A DNA stretch of 61,569 nucleotides, counting the filler. It is 11 parts of 11 records of this genome, joined end to end, with 100 filler letters (N's around TTAATTAATTAA, not from the genome) between each part and the next. Parts side by side here need not be neighbours in the genome. Positions count along the whole stretch, not along the records: positions 18,333 to 26,869 come from SRR15195285_2058; positions 26,970 to 31,274 come from SRR15195285_2059; positions 31,375 to 34,775 come from SRR15195285_2060; positions 34,876 to 38,859 come from SRR15195285_2064; 7 more parts are not named here. One strand, written 5' to 3'. The notes beneath the pieces are model-generated. The model was given only the letters and a program-made list of their open reading frames with translations. It ran no database searches and had not been told where the DNA came from. How positions within the stretch are numbered: the stretch's first letter is position 1; each line of letters opens with the position of its first letter. Below are positions 24,474 to 34,977 of the stretch, in pieces. Both the position numbers and the translations under genes were made by a program.

Positions 24474-26453
24474 TTACATTCGAATCCGAAGTCCAGGAAG
24501 GAGCTTGCGCAGGTGTGCCGCTGTTCCTGCCGTGACTGCACAGTTGTACACTGACAGGTGGGTAAGGGAGACCAGTCCCACCCTCACTGGCGGGAGCAGC
24601 GCCGCGTTCTGTGCTGCCTGACGGCTTTGGCGGGCAGAGGATTCAGGCGCTGGCCGACGGCACGTTGTGACAATGGTCTCCAAACCTTGCGCGGAAACGT
24701 TAGTGTAGCCAAGCGAAAGAGATTGCAGCCGTGGAAGGCCCTGGACAAGGTAGGACAGGCCTACATCCGAGACGGCAAAATTTTGAGCCAAGCCAAGTGA
24801 CACCAGCCCCCGCAAGTACCCGAGCTCACGGCAGCCGTCGTCGGTAATCCGGCAGCCAGAGAGCTCGAGCTGCCGAAGAGCAGACGCTTCGCGCCGGCGG
24901 CTGAGCGCTGCCGCACCCTGATCCGTGACAAGCGAGCCAAAGAGGTCTAGCTGAGTGAGCGAATTCAGCTGAGCGCATGCGGCTGCCACACCGTCGCCTA
25001 CCTCCGCGGCATCCAAGTTAAGCATTGTCAGTGACTGGCACCGTGCGAGCGCAGCCAAACCAGCTGGATCGTTGTCATTGACTGCAGAGTGTGATAGGTT
25101 CAGCTCCGTCAACTCACTCAGCTCTGCAATGTATCCTAGCGAAGCAGATGATACTCGAGTGTCAGACAGGTTCAAGCACCGGAGTTTACGAAGCTTCCCA
25201 ATCGCTGGCAGCGCCGCGTCGGTGATTGGGGAAGAATCGAGGTTCAGCGAAGTCAATCCGGCAAGCGATGGCGGCCGCTTGACCTCGCGAGAGATGCCAC
25301 TGGTGCCGCCAATACCAAGCAAAGCCCACCTTTCAGCCTGCATCCCACCCTCCCCAGTAGCGTCGCCCCTATCGATATGACCTCCACTGGTAGCATCCGT
25401 AGTTTCACTGTCACATAGCCGGCTGACGAGAGCATCATCCGCGCTGCAGAACGCCAGATCCAACGAACGCAGCTCGCTGAGCGTGAGCAGGCTGGCCATT
25501 CCTGCGGTCGTGACTGATGTACCGTGAACGTCGATGCTCTCCAGCCGTGCACAGCAGTCAGCGCTGGCAGCGAGGGATTCTAGTGTCGAGTCAGTCACGT
25601 TGCATCCACCGAGGCTCAGGTGGCGAAGCTGTGGAATCTGTATGAGCGTAGTTGTGGCGGCTGCGTCTGAGATGCTGGTGTGCGACAGGAACAACGTGCG
25701 CAGCTCCGGGTGTCCGGCCAGATTCGCGACTCCATGATCCGAGATTTTGTTGCACCACCCGAGCAGCAGTGTGTGCAGCCGCACCATACCGCGGACAGCA
25801 GCCATCGCCTCGTCGGTGAGGTTCCGCAGCTGGTTAAGATTCAAAGATGTGAGCTTCCGCAGATCTTGCAGCGATCGGATACCACGCACAGTCACGTTGG
25901 CACAGGCTTCAAGACTGAGCGACTGCAGCTCGTACATGCCACGCAGGTACCCCAGACCATCATCGGTGATCTGGACGCAGTAGTCAAGCGCCAGCACGCG
26001 CAGGTTTCGGTACGGGACGAAGAGCTCCAAGCTTAAGTCTGGCACACGTGGGCACCGCCGCAGCTCTACCCGCTGCATGCTGTTGGCCGATGCCCTCGTG
26101 ATCGCAGCGAGCTGGCGCATCCACTGCTCGTCGATCGCCTGGTCTGCGACGCAGACCTCTGAGAGATGCTGGCAGCAGCGAAAACTCTCCAGGGCAGCCG
26201 TGTCCAGGGCGCCCGCAGCTGCCATGGTGCGAAACATGTAGTTCGCAAGCTCGTGAGGCAGCGTTGCCAGGAGCTCCGGCGAGTACTGCTCTAGGTTCGC
26301 CAGGACGGTCCGTGCGCACAACTCGGTCAGCGGCCACATCCGTGTTGGATCGAGCTGCTGCACGCGCAGGCTCGAGGCGCTGTGCTCCGGATCCGCCTGC
26401 CCGATCGTCGTGTGCCGCCGCCGCCGCGCGGCACGGCTGCACGCGCCACCCAT
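24474..26453 (-). CDS. Leucine-rich repeat protein (RNI/FBXL14-like LRR) with a predicted N-myristoylation/palmitoylation start MGGACSR
   Basis: About 18 LxxLxLxxCxxITDxGL-type repeats; LTELC...LP.EL...F cap motif; the ATG at 26453 gives MG-x-x-C-S followed by an Arg run. Confidence 0.88.
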   Translation of the reverse strand: MGGACSRAARRRRHTTIGQADPEHSASSLRVQQLDPTRMWPLTELCARTVLANLEQYSPELLATLPHELANYMFRTMAAAGALDTAALESFRCCQHLSEVCVADQAIDEQWMRQLAAITRASANSMQRVELRRCPRVPDLSLELFVPYRNLRVLALDYCVQITDDGLGYLRGMYELQSLSLEACANVTVRGIRSLQDLRKLTSLNLNQLRNLTDEAMAAVRGMVRLHTLLLGWCNKISDHGVANLAGHPELRTLFLSHTSISDAAATTTLIQIPQLRHLSLGGCNVTDSTLESLAASADCCARLESIDVHGTSVTTAGMASLLTLSELRSLDLAFCSADDALVSRLCDSETTDATSGGHIDRGDATGEGGMQAERWALLGIGGTSGISREVKRPPSLAGLTSLNLDSSPITDAALPAIGKLRKLRCLNLSDTRVSSASLGYIAELSELTELNLSHSAVNDNDPAGLAALARCQSLTMLNLDAAEVGDGVAAACAQLNSLTQLDLFGSLVTDQGAAALSRRREASALRQLELSGCRITDDGCRELGYLRGLVSLGLAQNFAVSDVGLSYLVQGLPRLQSLSLGYTNVSAQGLETIVTTCRRPAPESSARQSRQAAQNAALLPPVRVGLVSLTHLSVYNCAVTAGTAAHLRKLLPGLRIRM

Positions 26454-26869
26454 CGCAGCAGCACAGCCAGCGGCCCTGCGACTGCGTTGGGATGGCACTG
26501 TGGTGCAGTGTGAAGAGGGAGGGGGAAGGGGGGGGTCTACCGGTCCATCCCGGAGGGGCGGCGCCCGTCGCTGCGTTCTCGCCCGCGCCTCCTGCCTGCG
26601 CACCGCCAGACCACCTGCCTGCGCACGCCAACATCAAACCAAGAGTACTAGCTAGTAGACTCAACTGGGTTGGTCATACTCCCGGCATTCTGGCGGGATC
26701 CGCGTGTTCCATCCCCGGCAGGTCGGGTAACGAAAAATAGAGCATTCCGGCGCTAAAATGCGTTCAGAGTCTCCCCTTGGAGCTTGGTCATACTGCATAT
26801 CTGTCATTTCAACAGTTATCGTATAAGTATGGGTAAATTCTACCGTGTATTGATCACAAATTGCAGCTT

Positions 26870-26969
26870 NNNNNNNNNNNNNNNNNNNNNNNNNNNNNNN
26901 NNNNNNNNNNNNNTTAATTAATTAANNNNNNNNNNNNNNNNNNNNNNNNNNNNNNNNNNNNNNNNNNNN
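26870..26969. other. Artificial contig linker
   Basis: N44-TTAATTAATTAA-N44. Confidence 0.98.
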
Positions 26970-27257
26970 ACGAAAGTGCCGTCTTGGAATTCGGACGTAG
27001 GATGTGCTTGTCCCCGCAACTATGCTGCACTACGCCCGCCACTTAGCTAGTCGCATTGCTAGTGAGAGCCGACTGTGTACTACTACTTCTATTGGCATCG
27101 TGTGAAGCAATCAATATAGGTCCCTAGATCACCGTGCATATATGACACCGGGCATAAGGCCAGAAAGGACCATAACCAGTTCTCCATTGGCACCCTGAAT
27201 TAGCCTGGCACTACTTGTATCTAGTAAAATCAGCTGCGGCATTGGTTGTCATCACGC

Positions 27258-27322
27258 CGCACGCGGTCGTCGCGCGCGTCGTCGGCGCACGCGGTCGTCG
27301 CGCCGCGTCGTCGGCGCACGCC
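27258..27322. repeat. Short GC-rich tandem repeat (about 29-30 nt unit, about 2.2 copies)
   Basis: The unit cgcacgcggtcgtcgcg(c)cgcgtcgtcgg occurs twice, followed by a partial third copy. Confidence 0.7.
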
Positions 27323-27886
27323 ACTCGGCGCGACTGCTATTCATCGATGAATACATAAAACCTCGCGATGACGACTGAGCGTGGGAGACTACTGGTACTA
27401 TATACGAGTACAGTATACATGTATGACCCAAGCAGCAGTGCCCAGGTCCGAATGACTGATTTTTGTGTCAAAAAAGCGGAGACGCGGGATGGCGAGCTAG
27501 CTGGGAGCGGATGGCGGGGGAAGGTTGCGGGCCAACTTGGTATCACTTGGTGTAAGTTTCGCCACTTTGACACAGAACCAGATATATCTGTGATTACGAC
27601 ACTGAGGTGCGATTTTCCAGTGCTGTCGAAGGGGTCAGCTACCAAATGTAAACTAGCGTGAGCATAGGAGCTTGCGCATGAGACATGTAGGGCATGCAAG
27701 TTGCATGGTTTGCCCAAGCATGCCCTCACTATTAGCGAGCATTATGCCTGGGTTGGCGTGGCCTGTGGGGGGGGGCAGAAGGCGCCGTATACCCGCCCAC
27801 ATTGCCATTTTGCAGTACATATAGATTTATGTTTACCTTGCGTCGCCCTTCGAAGCGATGTTTGTCGCATCTGGCCGACAATCACT

Positions 27887-29778
27887 TCAAATTTGAAGGT
27901 CTGTGGCTACCTTTTTGAAAGCAGCCAAACCTAGATCACAGTCCTCCTTACTAAATGTTGCCGAAACAATTACGCGAACACGCGCTGTACCCTTCGGCAC
28001 CTGACGCGCAGCATCCCGAGCGTGTCAGTGCACCTTGAGTAGATCGGCATGGAAGCCATTGGACCGCACCATCGGGTAGCAAATCGCCGAAGCAAAGACA
28101 CCTTCTTCAAAGAGCTTAGCACTGAAGGTCTGAGCAAGTTCTTCGTCCCCAAGCATGACCTGCAATGCCACAACGCTATGTCAGATACTATACGCTATGT
28201 CAGATACATGCCACCTGCTGTCGTGTTGCTTGTGCAAACATAAGACTGCGTAGACACATGAGAATCGCACCGGAATTATTGGTGTTTCTGAGTGGCCGAT
28301 ATCGAATCCAAGCTCCCGGAAACCGTCGCTGAGATACTTTACATTCGACCACAGCCTCTCTACTTTGTCTTCCGACTCCCCCAACATCGTCACGGCTTCG
28401 AGCAGTGCGGCAGTGTCCTACATTGCATGCAAACACGCACGTCAGAGCCATCGGTAACCCAGATATTGGAGCAGAAATAGCTGCAAATACGCTAGCAACG
28501 CACAGGAATGGTGAGCGCAATCGAGAACAGCCGCTGCCGTGCCGACATCAGGTAGGCGTCTATCAGCGGCTGCTTCGCTGCAATGAAGCCGCCCATTACG
28601 GAGAAAGCCTTTGAGAGGCTGCCAATCTCAATATCGACCTACCATCGCAATATGCAAGTGACTCGGGCTGTCCATACCCAGCTGCAACTGTAGAGGCAGT
28701 CCAGCAAGTCGACGCAGCTGTGTGCACGGATGATGGTTACCTGCCCTTCCAGACCGAAGTGGTTGACCACGCCTCTGCCCCCGTGGCCCAGCACACCCTC
28801 ACCGTGGGCATCGTCTACCATCGTAAGCGCATCGTATTTGTGCGCCAACTCCACAATCTGCAGTAGACGAACTGTGTCAGCTTGAGTGTGCATTGCTGTC
28901 CTCTAGTAGGCTGGGTGCTCGGTACCTCCGGCAGTCGCGCCAAATCGCCGTCCATTGAAAACACGCCGTCCGTGACGATCTGCGGTTGGGTCCGAGCACC
29001 GCATTAAATTTGAGTTGTGGGATGGAATGCAGTAGTCAACTACTGACGGACCAGTATCAACGGCTGCTCGCCGTTTGTCTTGGGCTGCTTTTGCAGCTCT
29101 GAGGCCGCACGCAGCTTCGCCTCTAAGTCGGACATGTCAGAGTGCGCGTATGCAAACTTGTTCTTCACACCAGCCACCCTAATCGCGTCGATGATGGAAG
29201 CGTGATTTAGCTGGTCGCTAACAACAATGTCTTCTTTGCCCTGCGACCGTGTGGCGGTGTTAGGGATTGCAGGCACCGCTAGGATCTGACAATGCATCGG
29301 AACTGGCAGACAGCATGGTCGCACCAGGATAGTCTGGACTGCTGAAGCGTTCGCAGCGTAGGCGCTGGAGAATGTCACAGCGGCCTCGGTGCCCTTGAAC
29401 TGGGCGATCTTCTCCTCAAGCTCAATGTGCAACGCATGCGTTCCCGACAGGGTGCGATAGCCGGTACCCAGCCCGTACCTACTCCAAACAGCGAGTGCAG
29501 TGGTCAGCGACGGCAAGACCGACGCAGTTCTGTCGACAACAAGAACAGGTCGTCACGGAACTGGATCTCGGCAATTCGTACTTGTCGATTGCATCCTGTG
29601 CCGCCCGCTTGAGCCGCGGATCTTCCGCGAAGCCCAGGTAGTGACTGGAGCAGAAGTTCAGGTAATCGCGGCCGCCAATGGTGAGGTAGGCTCCCTGCCC
29701 GGAGCTCACAACTCGCGGCACAACCTTGTTCGCCGACGCCGCGCTGAGCTTGCGCCAGAACGCCGCGGTCGTGGCCAT
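27887..29778 (-). CDS. kbl: PLP-dependent class II acyltransferase, 2-amino-3-ketobutyrate CoA ligase / 8-amino-7-oxononanoate synthase family; 9 exons
   Basis: Spliced protein has [69 protein letters not shown] (PLP lysine), SETPIIPVM and [12 protein letters not shown]. Introns 29479-29581, 29241-29324, 28980-29051, 28858-28925, 28639-28740, 28418-28503, 28160-28270 and 28001-28069 are all GT-AG and restore the frame. Kbl versus BioF specificity is not certain. Confidence 0.9.
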
Positions 29779-31274
29779 CACGGCGCCGCTGCCGCCCACC
29801 CGCCGACGCACGAGCTCGTGGCGCCACCGCCTGCGCGGCCACCTGTCGGTACGCCCTCTTCCACGCACGCAGCGCGCAGCCTGCGTGCGTCGCGCGTCCG
29901 GCGCGCGCGAACCCTCGCGCCAGCAGTCGCATCGCGCGCGCGTCGTCCGCAGCACAGACCCACCGTATACGTACGAGGACCCGGCGATGTGTCGATTTGT
30001 GTCCGTCCCGACGAAGCAAGGCGCAGTGCCCAGGTTGAAAGTGGCTCAACCGTGACACTTTCTGACGCCGTAGACCCATACGTACACTACTACAGTACTA
30101 TTCTAGATCTAGTACGTCACAACCTGCTATTGATACTGGGTTGGTTTGTGCTGCGTCCGTCTGTGTGAGCGTAGATCAGAATAGAATACTGAATAGATCT
30201 AAAGTAATTCTAGTCGCCAACGAAGGATCCTGGCGCGGCGACCATGGTCGACATGCGTGCGCGTCGCGCGGCTCTGTGCGCGCCGGGTGCGTGGCCGCGC
30301 GCAACGAGGGGCGCCCGGGGTGCGGCAAGCTCGGACACCACCGGCCAGCAACAGCAGCATTTCGTGTGCCTAGTAGAACAACAAGAGCGCACAGGCCACC
30401 GACAGAGCGCAAGAACCGACACCCTCCTCCCGCCTTCTTCTCACTCGCAGCCATGGAATCCTCCATGATGGCGAAGGCCGGCGCTAGGGAGGTCGTGCAA
30501 GCTGTCGTGTATGTACTGCAGCCCTCGGACACCCAAGAAATTGCTGCGAGTGCACCCTTGCTATCAGGTGCTGAGTAAGCAACTGCGTAAGCAACTGGTA
30601 TTGCCGCTGCTGTAGTTAGGGAGGCACTGTGGCCACTCGGCCTTTTGCCCGGGGGCACGCACAAGCCCAACCGGGCAAACTAGGGTTAATGCTCCGGGCA
30701 CACTAGGGCAAGTGGCGTAAATTTACACCGGGCACACAAAAGGCCCACACTTGTATTACGAATACATTGTGTTTGTTCGGTCCTCGTCATCGCTCTCGTA
30801 CTCGTCCGTCACACAATAGTGCATCGCGTGCGCCACCGCGCTCATTAGTAGCAGTATCCATGCGATCGCACACCCTGCCGCCGGTTCAATATCGCATGAC
30901 GCCGTGAAAACGTCACCACACACACACTGAAGGCCAGCCATTTCTTACTAGGGTGATCAAATGTTGTGGATAGCACCGGCGAGGTCGCTCAGTCCGTCGC
31001 GTACCAAACCTTCACCGGGATATGAGAATAATCCACTGCCGACAACAGTCAGGCCCACACCGGCGATTACCCGGTCATGGTCCAAGAGCATCGACACGCC
31101 CGGTGTGATTCGCCAAGTCATACGGCTGTTCGGTCGCGCACATTCGAACCTCGTCGTACAGTTCAATATTGAACATGTTAGAGGGGCATACGGGCCGGCC
31201 CGTATGCCCTCTATCACGACAGATTTTCACTGCCCCAAAGGGAAAGGCATTTCGGAAATTCTTGTCGAGAATTC

Positions 31275-31374
31275 NNNNNNNNNNNNNNNNNNNNNNNNNN
31301 NNNNNNNNNNNNNNNNNNTTAATTAATTAANNNNNNNNNNNNNNNNNNNNNNNNNNNNNNNNNNNNNNNNNNNN
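31275..31374. other. Artificial contig linker
   Basis: N44-TTAATTAATTAA-N44. Confidence 0.98.
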
Positions 31375-31663
31375 ACTTGTGGCGCAAGAGTCAATGATGC
31401 CCTCTGGGTAGGTGTTCCTACCCCCCGGTGTATCCGGGCTTACCCGTATGTCTTAAGTCATCCATAGGTGTGCCTTCCCGCACTCCATGGCCTCCTGGAT
31501 ACTCCGACCTGCTTTACATGCCGCGTGTGTGTGCTTCAGTCACATTTTCCCTTCTCAGTCTACGATCCATGACTACGTTCCATGGTAGTGATTCTGGCAT
31601 GTCTCTTTCTCCCACGCTCTCATTGTACAGTTGTATATGTAGCTGTGTCGCGCGCAACTTCAG

Positions 31664-32160
31664 GTATGGCCGGGCACTCATATTCCGCTCTGGCACCATG
31701 TCCGCGAGTGCAAGCTGAAGAACCTACCGTACCATCCATATCACGATCCGACGCTACAGCAGCTTAAGCATGCGAGTGAGCAACAGCCTCGCCACCTATT
31801 CTGATAGTTTCGTTTCTCACTGCTAGATTCTTAATTCGGGGTTTACAACCGCACTCGAGTGATTCAATAGGTAGCGGTCCGGTAGAGACACATGGGCCAG
31901 CAGGGACGGTCGTGCTGTGGCATCAGCTGACAGTCCATATCGCCGGCATCAACCACAGCACAGACAAAATTCGCATGGCTATGATCCACGACTTCAAGCA
32001 GACACATATGAGTGTGAGCGATGCGCAGCTCATGGACTTCGACGACCGTGATATCTGGCGAGATTGGTCGCAAGACTTTCGAGACTGTCATGTGCAGGCA
32101 GAGAAAGGCAATGACGTTGACAGGGAAGGAGAGTGGGAGCCGCGCAGACCACGACTTTAG
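31664..32160 (+). CDS. 3' exons of a PhyH-like Fe(II)/2-oxoglutarate dioxygenase, 5' part missing; exons 31664-31775, 31871-32160
   Basis: Spliced sequence VWPGTH....GPVETHGPAGTVVLWHQLTVHIAGINHSTDKIRMAMIHDF matches the PhyH PGSH and G.AG.VV.WH...H....N.S..R motifs; phase-1 intron 31776-31870 (GTGAG..TAG). Confidence 0.75.
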
Positions 32161-32490
32161 CGCGATAATACATGTCGTGCCTGTGCTCCAGGCTAAGATT
32201 ATTCATGCGGAGAAGCGGCTGCGAGAAGAGACGGACGCGACCGTACACAGCAGCTAGTCGCGTGTCAAGGTCCGCGAGACTTGCACACCATTTGAGCTGA
32301 AAAGAAAACGTATCGCATGATGTTATATGATGGTCCATACTAAGCCACGCACAAACTGAGTGTCGAAGCAAAACAGCAATTAGTATGCGTTTTCTTTGGC
32401 AAGAACCGATGTCACAAAGCACAACAGTACAAGATTGTACCTGCTGATCAGAGCGGATCAGCGCGTCAGCGACGGTGGGACGCGTTAGCG

Positions 32491-34607
32491 TCATGCTATC
32501 TTCGTGACAATCAGCAATGCTGTGTCGTGGGCGCTAATGTCGCGTCCCCAGCTACCCTGCACTCGAGTATGATTTACACCAAGCCATGCATCGTGTACGG
32601 AAAACTGTCCACCGAGCATATCTTGTGGATGCAACCCGACAAGCTGTAGATCTGGCAGCTTCACAAACTCCAGCATAATGTGGTCAATACTTGGTGAACG
32701 ATTAACTAGCGCCACAGCCCAACGCATCTGTCCACCCGCTGCAGGTGATAGGATTCCGGCCCAAACCTCGAGCGCTGCACCAGAGTGCACAGCAACGCAG
32801 AAACTTCCGCCCCTGGTCACTGTGCCCGCGTTGTCGTCGTCAATAATGTTCGTCTCAGCTGACCGAATGGTGCCCCCATCTTCTGAGGCGAGTTCGTCCA
32901 GATCAAGTATATAAGGACCAGGACTTATCTTATAAGCTGGAGGGTTGCCGTTGTGGTTGCCGTTCCTGTCATAGCTATTCTGGTACTTATCACCCATCAA
33001 CCAACGCGAATGTGGAATAGGACCAGACGCAAAAGGCTGCATAGAATATGCGAGCTGTGCTGTGTCCCGCGAACTTGGTCCATCGGAGACGTTGTAGTAG
33101 CCGTCGGAACGTGCGGAGAAATTCCAGTTGAGTACTGTCCCATCTAGCAGTTCTCCAGTGCTACTAAGGTTGCACGTCACGGGACCTCGCGGTGCAGCTG
33201 CTGGAGAAAACGGTCCGGAATTGCCCAAGCACCATTTCTGTCCGGTTTGTGGATCAATAGTGTACAGTACAGAGCCATTTGTAACTTTGCCGTGGTTCGC
33301 TTGAGACACGTTGCGCCAACGCCAGCGTTGTAGCGAATTAAGTGGATCACAACGTTGCAAGAGCTGCAGCGGGTTAAATGGATAGGTTGAAAGCAAAGAC
33401 ACATTCTTCGGAGTTTGTGCATCAATACGACGGGCTTGAATTCCCCATGGATCTTGATTGCACTCGATTACCTCTTTCTGCAGCAGTATTTCAAGTGTAG
33501 CGTTTCCTACTCTTGTCAGGTCGAGGCTGAGTAAAAGATGACTCTTCATGATGCCGAACAATGAGTAGTGAGTCCGCGCCTGCGCCGCCGCGAGAGGACT
33601 CCGTTCGGCAACGAAGTCTCCCCACCCGGGAACATATTGGCCGTTTTGATGGTCTGTCCCGATACCTATCATCTCAATGCCGTTCCAAAAGCCAGAGGTT
33701 GATCCGTTGATCCCCTTGCTGCCGTTGTGAGCAAACGGCCATAGTTCTGCACCGTGGTCGATAAGTGATAGGACAGGTATCCACTGCGGCGAGAGATCAG
33801 TTCCAACTCGTGCTACGTTGCCACAGCACCCTGTGTTGTAGATCTTTGTTACGTCGGGATGGCCCTGGAAATTGCACATTGGTGATTTAGCAAAACTCAA
33901 GCACTAGAGCTCCAGTAGTATCAATCAAATATTGTGCTAACAGAGTACCAAGGGCGTACCTCCGTTGTGAAAAGGATTTCTTGCTTTACACTGTCTATCG
34001 CTGCCTGCTGAGCTGCGTAGTCAGCGTGAGGGGGCCCAGCGCCATCTGTGCGGCAGGCACCGCAGCTGTCGTCCTTGATGTATGACACTGACCAGTTTGA
34101 CCAGCGTTGAGCATCGATGAGCTCATTCATACAAGAGCCGGCGCGATTGCCACAGGTTCGCTGATGCCGTGCAGTGTACAGCCCCAGCTCAAGCCCGAGC
34201 CCGCGCAAGTGGTCGGCGACCGCGCGGATCCCGTCTGGGAAACCCTTTGATGGGCGCATCGCACCGTGTGGCAGATCCTTTCCACCTGGGCACGTTCCGT
34301 CAGGCCGGGTGCCATTCGGGCACGGCCCTTGCTCACGGCCGCCGTTCCAGCCATCGTCACTGTTCACGTACTTGTAACCTAGTTCCTTGAGACCCAGGTT
34401 GACGAATGCCTCCCCAGTCTCAATTAGAATGGTCGCATTGGTCTTCATCCCAAATTGCACCCAGGTATTAAACCCGAGTGGTGGAGTTCTCGCTGGTGCC
34501 CGTGCACCACCGGCCAGGCTGCACATCACCACGGTGACCGTGGCTCGTAGCAGGGCTGCAGCTGTGCGTGGCCCGGTATCAATGGATCTAGCACCGGTGA
34601 CTAACAT
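32491..34607 (-). CDS. GH27 alpha-galactosidase (melibiase) with ricin-B-like inserts before the C-terminal beta-sandwich; exons 34607-33960, 33864-32491
   Basis: Motifs RTPPLGFNTW, GYKYVNSDDGW, FPDGIRAVAD.L...GL.LG.YT, YIKDDSC (nucleophile), ARVGTD (acid/base), ARTHYSLF.IMKS.LLL..D, EVI..NQDPWGIQA, LEVWAG.L..WAVALVNR, SAHDTALL; intron 33865-33959. Start codon is approximate. Confidence 0.9.
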
Positions 34608-34775
34608 TCCGCGCGCCGTTGTTCGTCCACACTTCCCCGTCGCGCCCGTCCCCCGCGCCGGGGCCGCGCGGGCGACGCGCCGCGCCGCGCACGCGGCGGC
34701 ACTCGCACGTTGCATGCGTATGTTAACCGGCTTAGGCCACCACAGTGCGATTCCCGGGTCGGGGTGCACATGTGA

Positions 34776-34875
34776 NNNNNNNNNNNNNNNNNNNNNNNNN
34801 NNNNNNNNNNNNNNNNNNNTTAATTAATTAANNNNNNNNNNNNNNNNNNNNNNNNNNNNNNNNNNNNNNNNNNNN
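34776..34875. other. Artificial contig linker
   Basis: N44-TTAATTAATTAA-N44. Confidence 0.98.
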
Positions 34876-34933
34876 TGCTTACACGTTTGTCCGAAAATCC
34901 CCAATGCAATCTGGCGCCTCGACTCGGCGGGCG

Positions 34934-34945
34934 TAGGAATTCCTA
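34934..34945. promoter_or_regulatory. Palindrome TAGGAATTCCTA, candidate cis-element
   Basis: Perfect 12-bp palindrome just upstream of the secreted glycosidase start. Confidence 0.3.
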
Positions 34946-34977
34946 TACGTAGCACTCCATGCACGCGCGCGCACGCG

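Noticed and set aside
24006-24541. Short ORFs between the NEK and LRR genes
   Set aside because: No recognisable motifs; likely convergent 3' UTRs.
21027-28503. Introns sharing a GTGCGTTGC start as introner-like mobile introns
   Set aside because: Similarity is confined to the extended donor consensus; the intron bodies are unrelated.
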